Below the pieces are notes generated by a model. The model made no database searches. It worked only from the letters and a program-made list of their open reading frames with translations, and was not told the DNA's origin. A program made the translations under genes and the position numbers. Of a stretch of DNA of 64,000 nt, positions 60,897-64,000 are shown piece after piece. The stretch's first letter is position 1; every line of letters starts with the position of its first letter. Origin of the DNA: a bacterium (GTDB taxonomy: Bacteria; UBA8248); assembly GCA_965203325.1 (NCBI GenBank), contig OZ241875.1:2720001-2784000 (forward strand). The letters are read 5' to 3'.

Positions 60897-61598
60897 ATGA
60901 ATAGTGACCTCCTTCACATGCATAGCGAATCTCATATCGCGATCATCACCGTGAATCGGCCGGAAGCGCGAAATGCGTTCAACACATCATTGATGGAAGC
61001 CATGTGTAGGGAGATGGATGAAATTCAAAAGATGTCAGATATTAGAGTGCTTATCGTTACGGGAGCGGGAAGTTCTTTTTCTGCAGGACGCGATCTTAAG
61101 GAAAGCGCCACCCATACGGAAGAACAGGCAAAGCGCTTCATGTTATTGGGCGAGAGATGGAGCACAGCCCTTCGTGAGCTGCCCATCCCGACCATAGCAG
61201 CGGTAAACGGACCCGCTTTCGGATGGGGGATGGTGTTGATGCTCTCATGTGATATTCGTGTTGTGGTGGACGACGCTGTTTTGGGATATCCGGAGACTGC
61301 GCTGGGAGTATTTCCTGGAGGAGACGCCACAGTTCGCCTGACGCGGCAGATTTTTGTTCCTTCTGCAAAAGACTTGGTGCTCACTGGCAGAAGATTTGAT
61401 GCACAAGAGGGCCATTGCTTAGGATTGGTGAATCGCGTCACATTGAAAAGAGACTTGATGGCACAAGTCCAAAAGCTGGCCGATGAAATAGCCCAACATC
61501 CGCTGGAAAGACTAAAGGCGATGAAATCAACTTTTTTGAAAGTTGAAGCGATGCCGCGCTTTGGGCATTTGTCGATAGCCGAGAAAATCGACCGATGA
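60897..61598 (+). CDS. Enoyl-CoA hydratase/isomerase family protein (second paralogue, shorter C-terminus)
   Basis: NRPEARNA, FSAGRDL, AVNGPAFGWG, SCDIR, YPETALGVFPG. Confidence 0.88.
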   Translation: MNSDLLHMHSESHIAIITVNRPEARNAFNTSLMEAMCREMDEIQKMSDIRVLIVTGAGSSFSAGRDLKESATHTEEQAKRFMLLGERWSTALRELPIPTIAAVNGPAFGWGMVLMLSCDIRVVVDDAVLGYPETALGVFPGGDATVRLTRQIFVPSAKDLVLTGRRFDAQEGHCLGLVNRVTLKRDLMAQVQKLADEIAQHPLERLKAMKSTFLKVEAMPRFGHLSIAEKIDR

Positions 61599-61978
61599 AA
61601 GTCAGGGAGTGTTTTTTGCAAGCGGTAGCGATTGTTGACTCATATGAAGACGCCAGAGATACCTGGGCGGCCATGAACAGGCTTAACGCGCCCTGGGCGG
61701 CGGTTTTTGATGGTACGCACCTGGTTGGCATAGTAAACAAACAAGACCTTGATGCGTTTGTTCGTGTGCCCGAAGTTTTTCAGAACGTTGGTGAGGTGGC
61801 CCAAACGGACATACCTGCCAGGCGAGGGATATCACTATCCCCGAACGCGGATTTGAACGAGGCTGTTCTTCAGCTTGAGATGGTTGGCGCGGATGCCGCT
61901 TTTGTCGAGGGCATTGGCAGGCCGCCTGGCGTCATGGAAATGGAAGCGGCCAATCGCGTATTGTCTTGTTCTTCATGA
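61595..61978 (+). CDS. Putative CBS-domain protein
   Basis: MKVRE, ...AM, VFDG.HLVGIV...DL, V.EV, L.EA...L pattern; ATGA overlap with the previous gene. Confidence 0.6.
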   Translation: MKVRECFLQAVAIVDSYEDARDTWAAMNRLNAPWAAVFDGTHLVGIVNKQDLDAFVRVPEVFQNVGEVAQTDIPARRGISLSPNADLNEAVLQLEMVGADAAFVEGIGRPPGVMEMEAANRVLSCSS

Positions 61979-62051
61979 TACGCTTTTGTTTTCCTTAAAG
62001 TGATCGATCATTTGCCTCACTTTCAAGGGGCAATTGACGGGAGGAACGTCC

Positions 62052-63248
62052 ATGGAATTCACGTTGAATGAAGAGCAAATACGGATTCAGCAGATAGCCA
62101 GAAAATTTTCCGATGAAGAATTGGCCCCGGTGGCTCCAGAGCGCGATCGTATTCAGAACTGGGAAGAGCGCATGCCGTGGGATCTCACGGAAAAAGCAAG
62201 CGCTTTGGGTTTAAGGCAGCTCCCTTATCCCAAAGAATACGGTGGTATGGGAGCTGATGTGCTTTCGTGCTGTCTGGCGGGGGAGGAGCTTGCAGCGGGA
62301 GATCTGGGTTTTGCGGTGAACTTGGATCAGACATGGAAACTGTCCCATATATTCGAAAAAGTAGAACCTGAAGTCAGAGATCCATGGATAAAACGCTTAT
62401 GTGAAGAACCAAGATTCCTGGCTGCGATTTCCATGACGGAAGAAGGAGCGGGAACCGACCATCAGGGATATTATGACGATCCCTCCATTGCGCTGTTTAC
62501 GCGCGCAGAGAAAGAAGGCGGCAAATGGATCCTCAACGGGAAAAAACGCTATGTCAGCAATGGCCCTGTTGCGTCGTTGTACGTTTTGGCGGCAAGAACC
62601 GATCTCAGCAAAAACTTGAGGGAAGGCTTAACGGGCTTTCTGGTTCCAAGAGAGACCCCCGGCATATCGATAGGCGAAGTGCATGAAAAAATTGGCCAGC
62701 GTCTTTCGATGAATTCTGAAATTTTCTATGAAGACGTCGAGATTCCCGAGAACCACATCATCCTGGGTGAGGGAAACATGTTCGAAATCAGGGGTAATCT
62801 TCTGGCGATGGGAAAACCGGAAGCAGCCGCAACGGCCCTGGGTGTCGGGCGCGCTGCATTCGAGAAATCACTTGTCTACAGCCGAGAACGCGTCCAGGGC
62901 GGCAAGCCCATTGGTCAACACCAGGCGATTGAAACCATGCTCGCCGATATGGCGATGAATCTTGACATTGCGCGCACGTACATTTGGCGCACCGCTTGGG
63001 CGGTGGATCATCAAAAACCTTATGATTTCACGCAAGGATGGAAATGCAAAGTTTTCGCATCTGAAGTCGCTTTTGATTGTGCGAGACTGGGCATGGAGGT
63101 ATTCGGCGGTGCGGGCATCATGCACGATGCTCCTATGGAGAAATACCTTCGCGATGCCAGTACGTTCTTGCACTCAGACGGCACGAATCAAATTCTGCGG
63201 TTAAGAACCGGGCAAGCTTATGTGAAAGGAGTGGCCACGGCGTTTTAG
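62052..63248 (+). CDS. Acyl-CoA dehydrogenase family protein
   Basis: YPKEYGGMG, MTEEGAGTD, WILNGKK.YVSNG, KIGQR, ERVQGGKPI, FGGAG, EKYLRDA. Confidence 0.93.
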   Translation: MEFTLNEEQIRIQQIARKFSDEELAPVAPERDRIQNWEERMPWDLTEKASALGLRQLPYPKEYGGMGADVLSCCLAGEELAAGDLGFAVNLDQTWKLSHIFEKVEPEVRDPWIKRLCEEPRFLAAISMTEEGAGTDHQGYYDDPSIALFTRAEKEGGKWILNGKKRYVSNGPVASLYVLAARTDLSKNLREGLTGFLVPRETPGISIGEVHEKIGQRLSMNSEIFYEDVEIPENHIILGEGNMFEIRGNLLAMGKPEAAATALGVGRAAFEKSLVYSRERVQGGKPIGQHQAIETMLADMAMNLDIARTYIWRTAWAVDHQKPYDFTQGWKCKVFASEVAFDCARLGMEVFGGAGIMHDAPMEKYLRDASTFLHSDGTNQILRLRTGQAYVKGVATAF

Positions 63249-63271
63249 TGGCATGAAAAGGAGAATTTCAG

Positions 63272-63823
63272 ATGGCGCGCCTGGCAGATAAGTGGCGACA
63301 GGTTGAATTGTTCCAGCAAGACGGGGAATCGCTGGAACATCATGTTGCCGAGTGGCTCCAGAAGGTGCGTGCGGAATTCTCCGTGTTTGTATCGGATGAA
63401 GGTATTGCGGAAATAAGAATGCTGAATGGCGTAGAAAAACCTCTCGTGGCAAATCATGCGAGGGAGCAATCAACACCGTTGAGTCGTCGAGCTTCAAAAG
63501 AGATAGAAGAATATCTAAGCGGCGCGCGAAAAAGCTTCAAACTGAAAACGGACCTCTCTGCACTCACGCCTTTTATGGAAAAAGTGCTGAGGAAGACGGA
63601 AGAAATTTCTTATGGTGAGACGCGCTCCTATGGCTGGGTCGCGAAGGAAATCGGAAACCCGAAAGGATCACGCGCCGTCGGCCAGGCGCTTCATAGAAAT
63701 CCCGTTCCGCTTATTATACCATGACATAGAGTCATCGCGGGCTCGGGCGAGCTCGGTGGATTCGCAAGCAGCGTATCTTTGAAGTTGGCGCTGTTGGTCC
63801 ATGAGATGAATCATAAAGATTAG
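63272..63823 (+). CDS. ogt: Methylated-DNA--protein-cysteine methyltransferase, predicted selenocysteine form (TGA 63722-63724)
   Basis: YG.TRSYG..A..IG.P...RAVG.A...NPVPLIIP-TGA-HRVIAGSGELGGF......K..LL.HE; the TGA occupies the Cys of the PCHRV motif and homology continues to TAG at 63823. Confidence 0.88.
63725..63759 (+). promoter_or_regulatory. Putative bacterial SECIS element
   Basis: Stem CGGGCTC/GAGCTCG (63738-44/63749-55, one G-U pair) with loop GGGC starting 21 nt after the TGA. Confidence 0.72.
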
Positions 63824-63871
63824 GGTATCTGGATTTCGCTTGGAGGCATCCAAATTCATGGGGGAGTAAAG

Positions 63872-64000
63872 ATGTCTAAGAAGATGAATGATTTCATCGA
63901 CCAGGTACGCGAAATTGTAAAAACAGGCGGTACCGAAGAAGAAGTAACGGTTCGCGTCGTGATGGCCCTTGAACCAATTTTGGATGAGCCGAACCTGTTG
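63872..64000 (+). CDS. 5' fragment of a gene, possibly cysteine-dioxygenase-like
   Basis: GGGGAG RBS then MSKKMNDFIDQVREIVKTGGTEEEVTVRVVMALEPILDEPNLL, open to the window edge. The family guess rests only on an N-terminal helical pattern. Confidence 0.45.
   Translation, partial: MSKKMNDFIDQVREIVKTGGTEEEVTVRVVMALEPILDEPNLL

Noticed and set aside
59758..63724. Alternative genetic code (TGA = Trp or Gly) as the explanation for the in-frame TGAs
   Set aside because: Many well-defined genes here end in TGA at their normal C-terminus (ureA, ureB, ureF, ureG), and both in-frame TGAs sit at Cys-type catalytic positions with downstream hairpins.
63272..63724. ogt as a truncated pseudogene
   Set aside because: The downstream frame is intact and conserved, a SECIS-like hairpin is present, and a second Sec candidate lies nearby. 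Not fully excluded without the sel genes.
1..64000. tRNA (including tRNA-Sec), rRNA, riboswitches, prophage or integrase genes
   Set aside because: None recognised by eye. A covariance-model search would be needed to exclude small RNAs.

Overview
This is a 64-kb bacterial chromosomal window, mostly GC-rich, with visibly lower-GC segments at about 0.7-2.6 kb and 54.7-64 kb. In order it carries: (i) surface-glycan genes (GT25 glycosyltransferase, two methyltransferases); (ii) a solute-scavenging block with two TTT transporters, a LIV-type ABC transporter, an LLM oxidoreductase, a transglutaminase-like protein, an ALDH and a MetE-like protein; (iii) hsp20 with a HAIR-like operator, then an MmgE/PrpD gene; (iv) a complete urtABCDE-ureABCEFGD urea operon; (v) a third TTT transporter with an LLM, an amidohydrolase, a second MetE-like protein, a cyclic amidohydrolase and an amidase; (vi) a 1068-aa stalked surface lipoprotein; (vii) an intact IS256-family element nested inside palindromic repeats; (viii) a selenium-linked locus. 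That locus has four tandem paralogues of an uncharacterised WSDGLP-motif protein, a lone xanthine-dehydrogenase-type Mo subunit, and two genes split by an in-frame TGA at a catalytic-Cys-type position, each followed by a SECIS-like hairpin: a UGSC-family (GrdB/PrdB-like UxxCxxC) protein and an O6-alkylguanine alkyltransferase with a PUHRV active site. Two crotonases and an acyl-CoA dehydrogenase lie between these two genes. The best candidate for an undescribed system is the UGSC selenoprotein plus the four-paralogue array. All product calls come from motif recognition by eye; no database searches were run.
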